A stretch of 64,000 nt of DNA, from assembly GCA_045587265.1 (NCBI GenBank), contig JAZNBX010000023.1, forward strand, positions 6,047 through 70,046. The letters run 5' to 3'. The notes below the pieces were generated by a model that saw only the letters and a list, made by a program, of their open reading frames with translations, was not told the origin of the DNA and ran no database searches. A program made the translations under genes and the position numbers. Numbering within the stretch: position 1 is the stretch's first letter; each line of letters starts with the position of its first letter. Shown here one piece after another: positions 9,669 through 18,748 of this stretch. The stretch is from Acutalibacteraceae bacterium. GTDB lineage: Bacteria; Bacillota; Clostridia; Oscillospirales; Acutalibacteraceae.

Positions 9669-10133
9669 TTATTGTGGTTCGCCAAAATCGTTCGCGCTTT
9701 TGAACATATCCAACATAGCTATATTGCTTGTTGCATGGAAAGTTTTATCATAACTATATTGTCCGTCGCTTGTCATATCATTTATAAACACATAATACTC
9801 TTCGCGGCGACTTTCATCTCCCGCTACTGCCGTAACTTCAATATAAACAATAGCTCTGCCATAATCGTCTTTTTCGTATATTTTAGCATCGTTATAATTA
9901 GCAAAGGTTTTATATCTGTTAAATATTGGGGAACCAGCAGTTTTAACACCAGTTTCAAGAATTTCTTTCGCAGCAGTTATATACATACTGTCACTACTTT
10001 GTCCTGCACTATATCCAGAACCAAAAAGAGATAAAAAATCACCAACTCCCGTAAGTAACTTGAAGCCGAGAAATATGGCAACTATAACACTAAGTATTGT
10101 TAAAACTTTTTTGTTTTTTAAAAATTTTTCCAT
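9669..10133 (-). CDS. Hypothetical N-terminally membrane-anchored protein
   Basis: A GGAGGG RBS precedes the ATG. Single N-terminal TM segment. No recognisable domain. Confidence 0.5.
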   Translation of the reverse strand: MEKFLKNKKVLTILSVIVAIFLGFKLLTGVGDFLSLFGSGYSAGQSSDSMYITAAKEILETGVKTAGSPIFNRYKTFANYNDAKIYEKDDYGRAIVYIEVTAVAGDESRREEYYVFINDMTSDGQYSYDKTFHATSNIAMLDMFKSANDFGEPQ

Positions 10134-10311
10134 GATTTACCCTCCTGATTTTTTAGTGTTATTCCAGACCTGTTCTTACGAGAAGCGTTTTTTATCGGTT
10201 ATACTATTGCAGTAATCGTAAGTAAGACTGAAATTCATTTTTTGTTTTAAGTATCCTTTTGAAAATAAATTGTTAACTAATATAAAACCGAACTGAAACT
10301 GTACCCCCCTA

Positions 10312-10487
10312 AAATTAAAAAAGTGTGTGCAACTAAAAGTCACACACACCGAAAAACGCGACTCTTAATTGCTACCACACAACATTTTCTGGCAAACACT
10401 AAAGTATGCGAAAATAGAGCCTGCATTTTTACCAATAGATAAAAATACACACTTTAGTTATTGCCAAATATTAAAATGTTATGTGGT
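10312..10487 (-). ncRNA. Candidate orphan structured RNA (sRNA or attenuator leader), about 175 nt
   Basis: Starts just downstream of a near-consensus sigmaA promoter. Contains a ~116-nt imperfect rod hairpin (arms ~10372-10411 and ~10449-10487). Ends in a GUGUGUG/CACACAC terminator followed by UUUUUUAAUUUU (10312-10348). No convincing ORF. Confidence 0.45.
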
Positions 10488-10493
10488 ACTTTT

Positions 10494-10522
10494 ATTATAG
10501 CACAGATTAATTAAAAAATCAA
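10494..10522 (-). promoter_or_regulatory. SigmaA-type promoter of the RNA candidate
   Basis: Minus strand reads TTGATT, a 17-nt spacer, then TGcTATAAT (extended -10). Confidence 0.6.
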
Positions 10523-10551
10523 ACAAAATATTAAAGTGAAAGGTTACACAT

Positions 10552-10590
10552 AAAAGTAAAACACCGAGCGTTTGGCTCGGTGTTTTCTTT
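10552..10590 (-). terminator. Intrinsic terminator of the glycosyltransferase gene
   Basis: ACACCGAGC/GCTCGGTGT stem with T-runs. Confidence 0.8.
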
Positions 10591-10594
10591 TGTA

Positions 10595-11701
10595 TTATTT
10601 TGTTTGTAGATAGACGTTTTTAAGTTTATTGGCGATTTCTGCCATATCATAACCTGCGTTTTTGATTGCCTCGTCTTGAGGTTTGCGTTCCATTACCTCG
10701 CAGGTGTTAAGAATCATATCTGCCCAAATGCTTGGCGGCTGCTCTAAACTTAACCACTTAACGTTGTTTGTTACCTCGGCATCTCTGTCAATGGTGTCGG
10801 ATAAGAATAGGGGCAATCCCGCCGCCTGCGCTTCAATAGCGGCAACGGGTAAATCCTCTAAAAGTGAAGGCATAACAAATGCATCCATAGCGGCGTAGTA
10901 TTCGTTTACGTTGTTTTGTGCGCCCATAAATAAAACTGCATCGCCAATGCCAAGTGCCTGCGCTTTCTGTTGCACGTGTGCAACTAACGGACCTGTACCT
11001 GCAAGCAGAAGCACCGAATCGGGTCTTCTTATATGAATTTCTTTGAAAATTTCAAGTAAAAACTCGTGGTTTTTGCGGCCTGAAAACTTACCAACGTGAC
11101 CAACAACAAACTTATCTAGCACTGCTAGTCTGTGCCTTACTTCGTTGCGCTTATCGGGATGATAGGTGAAGTCTGAAAGGCAGATGGCGTTTTTAAGAAT
11201 TGGAACGGTATTTTCTTTGCAAAAGTTTTTACCAAACATCCAATTTGCCGCTTCTTCAGAACTTGCGAGAAAGTGGGTTGCATACTTGTTCATTCTAGAA
11301 CGGTTTATGCAGCTAAATATATCCGCAAGTTTACCAACGGTCGATTTTGTGTTGTGAGCGTGCGCAATAACTACGGGAACGCCAAGTTTCTTACAGGCTA
11401 AAAAGGGGATAAGGTCTGCGCCCGAGTTTTTGTTTATATGCACAACCGAGTAATTATTCTCGGAAATAATCTTTTTAATTGCAAGATAGTTGCCAAGCAG
11501 GTTTTTAGCCGACGGAACTTTAAAAATACGAGCGCCACCTGCAATTAACTCGTTTTTATAAACGGGACAGTTGTATGTAGTAACAAAATCAAACTGTATT
11601 TCATCGTGGTCAAACTCTTTATAAAGGTTACGTAAAAAAGTTTCTATGCCACCAATATTTTCGCTAAGGCTAAATTGTAGCACACGAATAGGTTTATCCA
11701 T
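10595..11701 (-). CDS. Glycosyltransferase, GT4/Glycos_transf_1 family
   Basis: EDLPVAAIEAQAAGLP (E-x7-E region). Start moved to the MDKPIRVLQFS methionine, which is internal to the track ORF. Confidence 0.8.
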   Translation of the reverse strand: MDKPIRVLQFSLSENIGGIETFLRNLYKEFDHDEIQFDFVTTYNCPVYKNELIAGGARIFKVPSAKNLLGNYLAIKKIISENNYSVVHINKNSGADLIPFLACKKLGVPVVIAHAHNTKSTVGKLADIFSCINRSRMNKYATHFLASSEEAANWMFGKNFCKENTVPILKNAICLSDFTYHPDKRNEVRHRLAVLDKFVVGHVGKFSGRKNHEFLLEIFKEIHIRRPDSVLLLAGTGPLVAHVQQKAQALGIGDAVLFMGAQNNVNEYYAAMDAFVMPSLLEDLPVAAIEAQAAGLPLFLSDTIDRDAEVTNNVKWLSLEQPPSIWADMILNTCEVMERKPQDEAIKNAGYDMAEIANKLKNVYLQTK

Positions 11702-11821
11702 ATATAAATACCATCCAAAAACAAAATATATGTATGTGGCATATGCCACAGGATTTTTCAACTTATTACATACATTATACTACTATATAAAGGAAAATAC
11801 CAGCACTTTTTTTGTTTATCG

Positions 11822-13231
11822 TTAGCAGTCTTCAATTTTTATAAGGTTGGTGTTGCCTTTTTCGCCTGCCGCACCACCTGTTATGACTATTCTATCGCCA
11901 CTTTTTAAGCCTAATGTTTCTTTGGCTATTTTTTTAGCGGTATAAAAAAGCACGTCGGTTGAATTAAATTCTTCACACATTATAGGTGTAACACCAAAAG
12001 AAAGTGCAAGTTTGCGCCAGTTTTTCTCGCAAGTAGTGATGCCAAGAATTTCCATTGGAGGTCTGAAACGCGATACCATTCTCGCGGTAAGGCCTGAAAT
12101 TGTGCAGACTGCAATAGCGCTTGCATCAACGTCAATGGCAATACCGCAAGTAGCGTGAGAAATAGCATCAGCAATATTTTTAATTTTAAATTCGTTGCGA
12201 GAAAAACGTTTTTTGTAGTGAATTACGCTCTCGGTCTGCTCGGCTATTTCAGACATAGCCCTTAGTGCTCCAGTGGGGTATTTGCCTGCAGCAGTTTCGC
12301 CCGAAAGCATAATTGCACTTGTGCCGTCGTAAACAGCGTTGGCAACGTCGGAAATTTCGGCTCTGGTCGGTCTTGGGTTTTCAATCATAGATTCAAGCAT
12401 CTCGGTTGCGGTAATAACACGCTTGCCCAAAAGTCTGCAGGTGGTAATAAGCCTTTTCTGTATATATGGAAGTTCGGGGAAGGGGATTTCAACACCCATA
12501 TCGCCACGCGCAATCATTATGCCGTCGCATTCGCTACATATTTCTTCAATATTATCCACGCCCGAGCGGTTTTCAATTTTAGCAATAATATCTATGTCTT
12601 TTGCGCCTAAGGTGCTAATATAGTTTTTAACGTCAATTAGGTCCTGTTTTGTAGATACAAACGAGCAAGCAATAAAATCAATATCGTTTTCAATACCAAA
12701 AGCAATATCTTTTTTGTCCTGCTCGCTTAAATATTTCTGCTTTAAAACTTTGCCCGGAAAACTCATACTCTTGCGGTTAGATAGAACACCACCAATCACT
12801 ACTTTACAGGCTGCAGTAGTGTCGCTTAAATTTTCGACCTCAAAGGTTAAAAGTCCGTTATTAAGCAAGATTTTATCGCCAATATCAAGTTCTTTAATAA
12901 GCCCTTTGTAGTTGACCGAAACTATGGTGTTATCGCCCTCTATGTCGTCGGTTGTAAACTTAAAAACATCGCCCGCTTTTAGCGTTACTTCGCCATCTTT
13001 AAAGGTCTTAATTCTGTATTCGGGACCCTTTGTGTCCAAAAGAATTGCGATAGGAAGGTTAAGTTCGGCGCGCACTTCTTTTATAAGGTCAATCATTTCT
13101 TTGTGTGATGCGTGGGTTTCGTGCGACATATTAAGTCTTGCAACGTTCATACCATTATTGCAAAGTTCTTTTAAGACTTCTTTTGACTTGGTAGATGGAC
13201 CCATTGTACATACAATTTTTGTTTTTCTCAT
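11822..13231 (-). CDS. pyk: Pyruvate kinase
   Basis: MRKTKIVCTMGPS..., MNVARLNMSHE, IMIARGDMGVEIP. The track ORF has a 23-codon upstream extension. Confidence 0.95.
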   Translation of the reverse strand: MRKTKIVCTMGPSTKSKEVLKELCNNGMNVARLNMSHETHASHKEMIDLIKEVRAELNLPIAILLDTKGPEYRIKTFKDGEVTLKAGDVFKFTTDDIEGDNTIVSVNYKGLIKELDIGDKILLNNGLLTFEVENLSDTTAACKVVIGGVLSNRKSMSFPGKVLKQKYLSEQDKKDIAFGIENDIDFIACSFVSTKQDLIDVKNYISTLGAKDIDIIAKIENRSGVDNIEEICSECDGIMIARGDMGVEIPFPELPYIQKRLITTCRLLGKRVITATEMLESMIENPRPTRAEISDVANAVYDGTSAIMLSGETAAGKYPTGALRAMSEIAEQTESVIHYKKRFSRNEFKIKNIADAISHATCGIAIDVDASAIAVCTISGLTARMVSRFRPPMEILGITTCEKNWRKLALSFGVTPIMCEEFNSTDVLFYTAKKIAKETLGLKSGDRIVITGGAAGEKGNTNLIKIEDC

Positions 13232-13318
13232 AATAATTCTCCGCTTATTTTTATTTAGTTTGCCACAAAAAAGCAAAAAAATAAGGCGTGATACTTCCAC
13301 GCCTTAGAAAATTTCATT

Positions 13319-14341
13319 CTATCTTTGAACTCTGCCTGATCCATCGCCACCTGCCAAAGTTTTAACCTCGGCAACGCTTACCATATTGTAGTCGCCCTCA
13401 ATGGAGTGTTTTAAGCAAGATGCGGCAACTGCAAACTCGATACTCTCTTGTGCAGAGTATCCATTGAGTTGTGAGTAGATAAGACCGCCGCCAAAACTAT
13501 CGCCACCGCCAACACGGTCAACAATGTGCATGTGGTAACTCTTGCTGAAGTAGTAATCGTTACCATCGTATAGCATAGCCGCCCAATCGTTATCATTAGC
13601 AGAAATTGAACTGCGAAGGGTAATAGCAACCTTTTTAAATCCGAAACGGTCTGCTAATTTTTTAGCAACCTCTTTGTAACCTTCGTGATTTACCTTGCCG
13701 GCATAAAGGTCAGTGTCTTCTGCTTTAATGCCGAATACATCAGAAGCATCTTCTTCGTTTGCTATACAAACGTCAACGTATGGCATAAGTTCTGCCATAA
13801 CCTTGCCTGCCTTTTCGCGAGACCAAAGTTTTTTGCGGTAGTTAAGGTCGCAACTAACGGTAATGCCACGTTCTTTAGCGGCTTTGCAAGCCTCTAAACA
13901 GATTTCTGCAACGTTATCGCCGAGTGCTGGGGTAATACCTGTGAAGTGGAACCAATTAACACCTTCGAAAATTTTATTCCAATCAAAATCTGCGGCAGTA
14001 GCGGTTGCTATAGAAGAACCTGCTCTGTCATAAATAACTTTAGAGGGGCGTTGTGAAGCACCCTTTTCGCAGTAGTAAATACCAACGCGGTCGCCACCTC
14101 TTGTGATTAAAGAGGTATCAACACCAAATTTGCGAAGTGAATTAACTGCCATTTGACCGATATCGTGTTCGGGTAACTTTGTAACAAAAGCGGCATCAAT
14201 GCCGTAGTTCGCCAAAGACACGGCAACATTAGCCTCGCCACCGCCAAAGGTAGCAAGGAATTTATCAGACTGCACAAATCTGTTGTAGCCTTCGGGTGCA
14301 AGTCTTAACATAAGTTCGCCAAAAGTAACTGCTTTAAACAT
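13319..14341 (-). CDS. kdgK: 2-dehydro-3-deoxygluconokinase (PfkB family)
   Basis: FGELMLRLAP...FGGGEANVAVSLA and the C-terminal DRVGGGDSF motif. Adjacent to eda. Confidence 0.85.
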   Translation of the reverse strand: MFKAVTFGELMLRLAPEGYNRFVQSDKFLATFGGGEANVAVSLANYGIDAAFVTKLPEHDIGQMAVNSLRKFGVDTSLITRGGDRVGIYYCEKGASQRPSKVIYDRAGSSIATATAADFDWNKIFEGVNWFHFTGITPALGDNVAEICLEACKAAKERGITVSCDLNYRKKLWSREKAGKVMAELMPYVDVCIANEEDASDVFGIKAEDTDLYAGKVNHEGYKEVAKKLADRFGFKKVAITLRSSISANDNDWAAMLYDGNDYYFSKSYHMHIVDRVGGGDSFGGGLIYSQLNGYSAQESIEFAVAASCLKHSIEGDYNMVSVAEVKTLAGGDGSGRVQR

Positions 14342-14353
14342 AAATTTTACCTC

Positions 14354-15316
14354 CTAGTTTTTAACCAAATGAACACCAAAACCGCCGACGTCGTTCTTAA
14401 AGTAAATGAATTTAGCATAACCATCGTCGCCAAGTTTTAGAGTGTCATAATCAAATTCTGCGCCTTGTGATTCGTAGTAGCGAATAGCACGGCTAACGTC
14501 AGAAACACCAAGTGCTAAATGTCCCATTTTGCCGCGACCATTCATCTTCATAACCTCAATAGATTCGCCAACAAAGTATGAAACTTCGCCCTCGTCGGCA
14601 GGAAGATTTAAAAGACTGCTAAAGGTGTTAGCGGTAGTAGAAGAAACCGCCTCGTCTTCGCTGTTAATACCAATGTGTTTAAGTTTAACGTCAAGCATAG
14701 CAGTAACGGCTTCACGGGCTAACGCTGTGATGCCATCCCAATCGTCGTTATCAACCAATTTTGCGGGAACCATCCAACTGCCACCGCAAGCAATAATCTT
14801 TTTAAATGCCAAATATTCGCCCAAGTTATCAGGACCGATACCGCCTGTCGGGATGAATTTCATAGCCGCAAAAGGACCGGATAACGCTTTAAGAACTTTA
14901 AGACCACCCATTGCTTCTGCCGGGAAGAACTTTACAACCTCAAGACCTAGGTTTGCAGCCTCGCTAACCTCACTTGCATTGGTGCAACCTGGAATAACGG
15001 GCACGCCTCTTTCTATACAATATTTTACAACCTCAGGAACAAAGCCGGGGGATACAATGTATTTAGCACCCGAGTCGATAGCCAAAGCGGCTTGCTCTAC
15101 GTTAATAACCGTACCTGCGCCAACTAACATATCAGGTAATTCTTTGGCGATAGCGGCAATAGCCTTTTCTGCGCCTGCAGCACGGAAGGTAACCTCTGCT
15201 ACGGGAATACCGCCACGGGTTAGTGCACGACCAAGGTCAACTGCTTTTGAGGGATCAGTAAGTTTAATAACGGGCATTAGGCCAACGTTGCGAACTTGTT
15301 CTAAAATTGGGTTCAT
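14354..15316 (-). CDS. eda: KDPG/KHG aldolase (Eda) fused to a C-terminal VOC/glyoxalase-like domain
   Basis: The N-terminal ~210 aa are Eda-like (VIKL..., GIPVAEVTFR, GAGTV, KFFPA). About 110 extra C-terminal residues (KLKHIGINSED...GHLALGVSDV...VHLVKN) look VOC-like. Confidence 0.8.
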   Translation of the reverse strand: MNPILEQVRNVGLMPVIKLTDPSKAVDLGRALTRGGIPVAEVTFRAAGAEKAIAAIAKELPDMLVGAGTVINVEQAALAIDSGAKYIVSPGFVPEVVKYCIERGVPVIPGCTNASEVSEAANLGLEVVKFFPAEAMGGLKVLKALSGPFAAMKFIPTGGIGPDNLGEYLAFKKIIACGGSWMVPAKLVDNDDWDGITALAREAVTAMLDVKLKHIGINSEDEAVSSTTANTFSSLLNLPADEGEVSYFVGESIEVMKMNGRGKMGHLALGVSDVSRAIRYYESQGAEFDYDTLKLGDDGYAKFIYFKNDVGGFGVHLVKN

Positions 15317-15597
15317 AATTCTACCTCCAATTAAATTATCTACAATAATTATAACATTATGAAAAGTAGTGTCAATAGATTTATTTTAGATTAGTTGCAT
15401 TTTTTTGACTATGTGGTACAATAGAAACAAAGTAGACTGATAGTATGTTTAATGGCAAAATGAAAGCAATAACTTTTAGTTATGACGACTGTACTACACA
15501 GGAAGTAAGAGCTATAAAACTTCAAATAAATATGGCAAAAACAAAGAGGGGTTGCTATAAAAACATCAAAAAAAGTAAAAAAATGTCGCTTTACCCT

Positions 15598-15626
15598 TTG
15601 ACAAAATTGAATAAAAATGGTATAAT
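15598..15626 (+). promoter_or_regulatory. SigmaA-type promoter for the CarD-like gene
   Basis: TTGACA, a 17-nt spacer, then TGgTATAAT. Confidence 0.7.
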
Positions 15627-15702
15627 TTGACTATAATAAAGGGGAATAAACATCTCGTCACGCAGTATTTTACTGCTGTTCGGTAAATTAAGAGGTTAAA
15701 AA

Positions 15703-16203
15703 GTGTTTCAGTGCGGCGATTTAATTGTATATGGTAATAATGGTGTCTGTGAGGTTACTTCGGTAGCTCCGCTTGCAGACAGCACAGACGGCAGGATTTA
15801 CTATGCTTTAAGGAATATGGTTTCAAATGGCGTAGCCTACGTGCCTGTTGATAGTGGTGTGTTTATGCGCCCCGTTATGTCTAAAACCGAGGCTAAGAAT
15901 CTTATAAAAGAAATACCTAATATAAAAACCAATGAATTTTCAAACGTAGGTATTAGGGATGCTGCCCGTATATACCGTGAAACGTTGCAATCTTATGATT
16001 CTTTAAAGGTTATAAGTTTAATTAAGCATATAGTTGAAAATGGCGAAATTAAGCGAAGACTTGGTAAGAAACTCACCTCTACTGAGGAGAGGTTTTTAGA
16101 ACAGGCAAGGCGAATTATTGAAACAGAAATTGCAGTTGCACTTAACATAAATGTTGAGGAAGCGGCAGAGGTTATTTTAAAATCTATAAACAACGGGGGT
16201 TAA
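15703..16203 (+). CDS. CarD/CdnL/TRCF-domain transcriptional regulator
   Basis: GTG start. FQCGDLIVYGNNGVCEV is a CarD_TRCF-like N-terminus. About 166 aa. Confidence 0.75.
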   Translation: MFQCGDLIVYGNNGVCEVTSVAPLADSTDGRIYYALRNMVSNGVAYVPVDSGVFMRPVMSKTEAKNLIKEIPNIKTNEFSNVGIRDAARIYRETLQSYDSLKVISLIKHIVENGEIKRRLGKKLTSTEERFLEQARRIIETEIAVALNINVEEAAEVILKSINNGG

Positions 16204-16208
16204 CCGAG

Positions 16209-16406
16209 ATGTCAAATATAGTTTTCACCTTAGGCGAATGTTCAACCGGTGGTAAAAATTATAGGTTCGATTATGATAATGGCATTTATAAGATTTTTAT
16301 AGTTCACGAGGATAGTGAACAACTTTTGCAAACCATCGAAGAGAGCAAAGAGGCGTATTTAAAATGGAATGAAATTAAACGCCCCGAAAAAGTTAGAAAA
16401 TCGTAA
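16209..16406 (+). CDS. Hypothetical small protein (65 aa)
   Basis: Tightly follows the CarD-like gene and is followed by a terminator. No recognisable domain. Confidence 0.4.
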   Translation: MSNIVFTLGECSTGGKNYRFDYDNGIYKIFIVHEDSEQLLQTIEESKEAYLKWNEIKRPEKVRKS

Positions 16407-16411
16407 ATAAA

Positions 16412-16454
16412 GAGCATCTTTTAAGGGTTTAAAGCCTCAAAAGATGCTTTTTTA
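16412..16454 (+). terminator. Intrinsic terminator
   Basis: AGCATCTTTT/AAAAGATGCT stem followed by TTTTT. Confidence 0.8.
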
Positions 16455-16558
16455 ATTTTAAATTTACAAATTAGAAACGCTTTTTACATAAGTTCTTATT
16501 GTAATATGATATATAATTTGATATAATATATGTAAATATCGAAGTTGGAGTGGTAATT

Positions 16559-17221
16559 TTGTCAATTAGCGTAACCGAACTTTTTGATTTACAACATACC
16601 ATCGCCGCTGAACTTTTTTGCGGCGTAGAGTATCCTTGGCAGGTTTTGCCAAGGATAAGCGACTTTATTGTAAAGTTGGGTGAAATGCTGCCAAAAGAAG
16701 AGTTTGATAATCCAAAAGAAAACGTTTGGATTTCAAAATCTGCCAAGGTGTTTGACAGTGCATTTATTGCAGGTCCCTGTATAATCGATAGCGGTGCAGA
16801 AGTAAGGCATTGCGCGTTTATAAGGGGTAATGCGATAGTAGGCAAAAACTCGGTGGTAGGAAATTCTACCGAACTTAAAAATGTTGTAATATTCGATAAT
16901 GTTCAGGTTCCCCACTACAACTATGTAGGCGATTCTGTGCTAGGGTATAGGTCACATCTCGGCGCAGGTTCAATTACCTCAAACGTAAAGTCGGATAAAT
17001 CGTTAGTAAGTGTTAAACAAGGCAACACCGTAATAGAAACCGGGCTTAAAAAGTTTGGTGCAATGGTGGGCGATTATGTAGAGGTTGGATGCGGCTCGGT
17101 GCTTTGTCCAGGCAGCGTAATCGGCAAAAACACAAATGTATATCCTCTTTCAATGGTGCGAGGCACTATACCACCTGCAAGCATTTATAAAAAGCAGGGC
17201 GAGGTTGTTGAAAAACGCTGA
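16559..17221 (+). CDS. Hexapeptide-repeat (left-handed beta-helix) transferase, GlmU C-terminal-like
   Basis: Repeated [LIV]-G-x-x-x-x hexads (VGKNSVVGNSTELKNVVIFDNVQV...). Likely TTG start at 16559, 8 nt after GGAG; the track start is 16550. Confidence 0.65.
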   Translation: MSISVTELFDLQHTIAAELFCGVEYPWQVLPRISDFIVKLGEMLPKEEFDNPKENVWISKSAKVFDSAFIAGPCIIDSGAEVRHCAFIRGNAIVGKNSVVGNSTELKNVVIFDNVQVPHYNYVGDSVLGYRSHLGAGSITSNVKSDKSLVSVKQGNTVIETGLKKFGAMVGDYVEVGCGSVLCPGSVIGKNTNVYPLSMVRGTIPPASIYKKQGEVVEKR

Positions 17222-17252
17222 TATTTATAAAATCAGCAAAGGGGGTACGGCT

Positions 17253-17777
17253 ATGGAATTGTGGGATATTTTGGACCACTCGGGTAGGGCTACGGGTAAA
17301 ACCGTTGTGCGCGGACTTCGCAGGCTCAACCCAAACGAATACCATTTGGTAGTTCATATCTGGCCGTATGATAGTAACGGGCGCTTGCTTATACAAAGGC
17401 GCTCACAAAAAAGGAAACTTATGCCGGGCGAGTGGGCGGCCACAGGTGGCTCGGCGGTATCGGGTGAGGAATCTCGAGTAGCGGCGCATCGCGAACTTGC
17501 GGAGGAACTAGGTATAGACCTACCTGCCGAAAATTTGCAGTTTGCAAGGCGCTTAAAACGAAAAAATTCTTTTTTAGACGTATGGTTTATTAAGGTTGAT
17601 GTTGATATTGATACGCTAAAACTTCAACGCGAGGAAGTTAGCGCAGTGCGTTGGATTGGCGGTAATCAACTTAAATATCTTGTAAAACAAGGCAGATACC
17701 ATAATTACGGAAGGGAATATTTCGAACTTGTTACCAACACACTTAAAAAATTAACAACGGAGGAAAAGTCCCTTTGA
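17253..17777 (+). CDS. NUDIX hydrolase
   Basis: Nudix box GGSAVSGEESRVAAHRELAEELGI. GGGGT RBS before ATG 17253; the track ORF starts upstream at 17136 and overlaps the previous gene. Confidence 0.85.
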   Translation: MELWDILDHSGRATGKTVVRGLRRLNPNEYHLVVHIWPYDSNGRLLIQRRSQKRKLMPGEWAATGGSAVSGEESRVAAHRELAEELGIDLPAENLQFARRLKRKNSFLDVWFIKVDVDIDTLKLQREEVSAVRWIGGNQLKYLVKQGRYHNYGREYFELVTNTLKKLTTEEKSL

Positions 17778-18724
17778 GCGAACAGTTAAAAGATAAATGC
17801 GCTATATGTGGTGGCTATCTGTTTTCTGACGATGATATTGTTTATTGTCCCGAATGTGGAGCACCGCATCATAGAGATTGCTATGCCGCGGTAGGCCATT
17901 GTGGTATGGAAGAATACCACGGCACAGAAAAGCAGTATGGAGGGGAAGAACCTTCAGAAAAAGCAGAAGACGATAAAAAACGCGTATGCCCACGATGCGG
18001 CAAAGCGCTACCTGAAGATTTCAAATATTGTCCGTTCTGCGCTAAAAATTTTGAGGATGCTTCTGATAACGATGAGCAAGACTTTATAAGTTTTGGTCCG
18101 GGTGGCATAAAACTTGACCCATACGGTGGGGTTGATAAAAACTCTGAAATAGATGGTGTTAAGGTTAATTTGCTTGCAAGATTCATTGCTTTTACACCTA
18201 ACCGCATATTGCCAAAGTTTAAAAAGTTTTTTGAAACAGGTAAGCGTGTTTCGTGGAATTGGATGGGATTTATATCTCCTTTCAGCCACGCTCTTTTTAG
18301 AAAGATGAACAGTGCGTTTTTTGCGTATCTTTTGCTTGAAATAACCGCATACGTACTGATTACACCATTTTACAATTTGTTTTTAAGCGCAGATTTGCCG
18401 GTAAATTATACTTCGCAACAATTATCCCAATTTATTGCTAACAATTCGGATAAACTTTTAGACCCTGCTGCTGTTCTTATGGCAACGTTGGGTTATTTAA
18501 TGCTTTTAGGCATACGTGTATACGCAGGCCTTTTTAACGATTGGCATTATATGAGACACGCGGTTAATACGTTAAAAGACATTCGAAAGAACACTGAGGC
18601 TGATGAGGAATTGTTGCTTCGCAAAAAAGGTGGAGTAAGACCATTTATTTCTTTTTCAGTTCTCATTGCATCCACCTATTTTAGCAGTGTTATACCGGCA
18701 CTTGTAAGCAACTTTTTACTATAA
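17774..18724 (+). CDS. Zinc-ribbon/RING-like + DUF2628-type membrane protein
   Basis: TTG start after GGAGGAAAAG. N-terminal motifs CAICGG...CPECGAPHHRDCY...HCG and CPRCG...CPFC. A VSWNWMGF...LFRKM TM region follows. Confidence 0.6.
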   Translation: MSEQLKDKCAICGGYLFSDDDIVYCPECGAPHHRDCYAAVGHCGMEEYHGTEKQYGGEEPSEKAEDDKKRVCPRCGKALPEDFKYCPFCAKNFEDASDNDEQDFISFGPGGIKLDPYGGVDKNSEIDGVKVNLLARFIAFTPNRILPKFKKFFETGKRVSWNWMGFISPFSHALFRKMNSAFFAYLLLEITAYVLITPFYNLFLSADLPVNYTSQQLSQFIANNSDKLLDPAAVLMATLGYLMLLGIRVYAGLFNDWHYMRHAVNTLKDIRKNTEADEELLLRKKGGVRPFISFSVLIASTYFSSVIPALVSNFLL

Positions 18725-18748
18725 TTTCACTAGCAAGGAGTGATATGT

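Noticed and set aside
10372-10487. The long hairpin RNA considered as 6S RNA or a T-box leader.
   Set aside because: The rod is only about 116 nt and has no obvious large central bubble, whereas 6S RNA is about 180-200 nt. For a T-box, only GUGGUA resembles the T-box sequence, and the downstream genes are not related to aminoacyl-tRNA or amino-acid metabolism. The function is left open.
14529-15362. 277-aa plus-strand ORF.
   Set aside because: It lies entirely antisense to the well-supported eda fusion gene. Its S/P/A/T-rich low-complexity translation is typical of a mirror frame. It has no RBS.
15445-15630. 61-aa plus-strand ORF in the eda / CarD-like intergenic region.
   Set aside because: It has no RBS. 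It overlaps the strong TTGACA/TATAAT promoter of the CarD-like gene. Its K-rich composition is junk-like.
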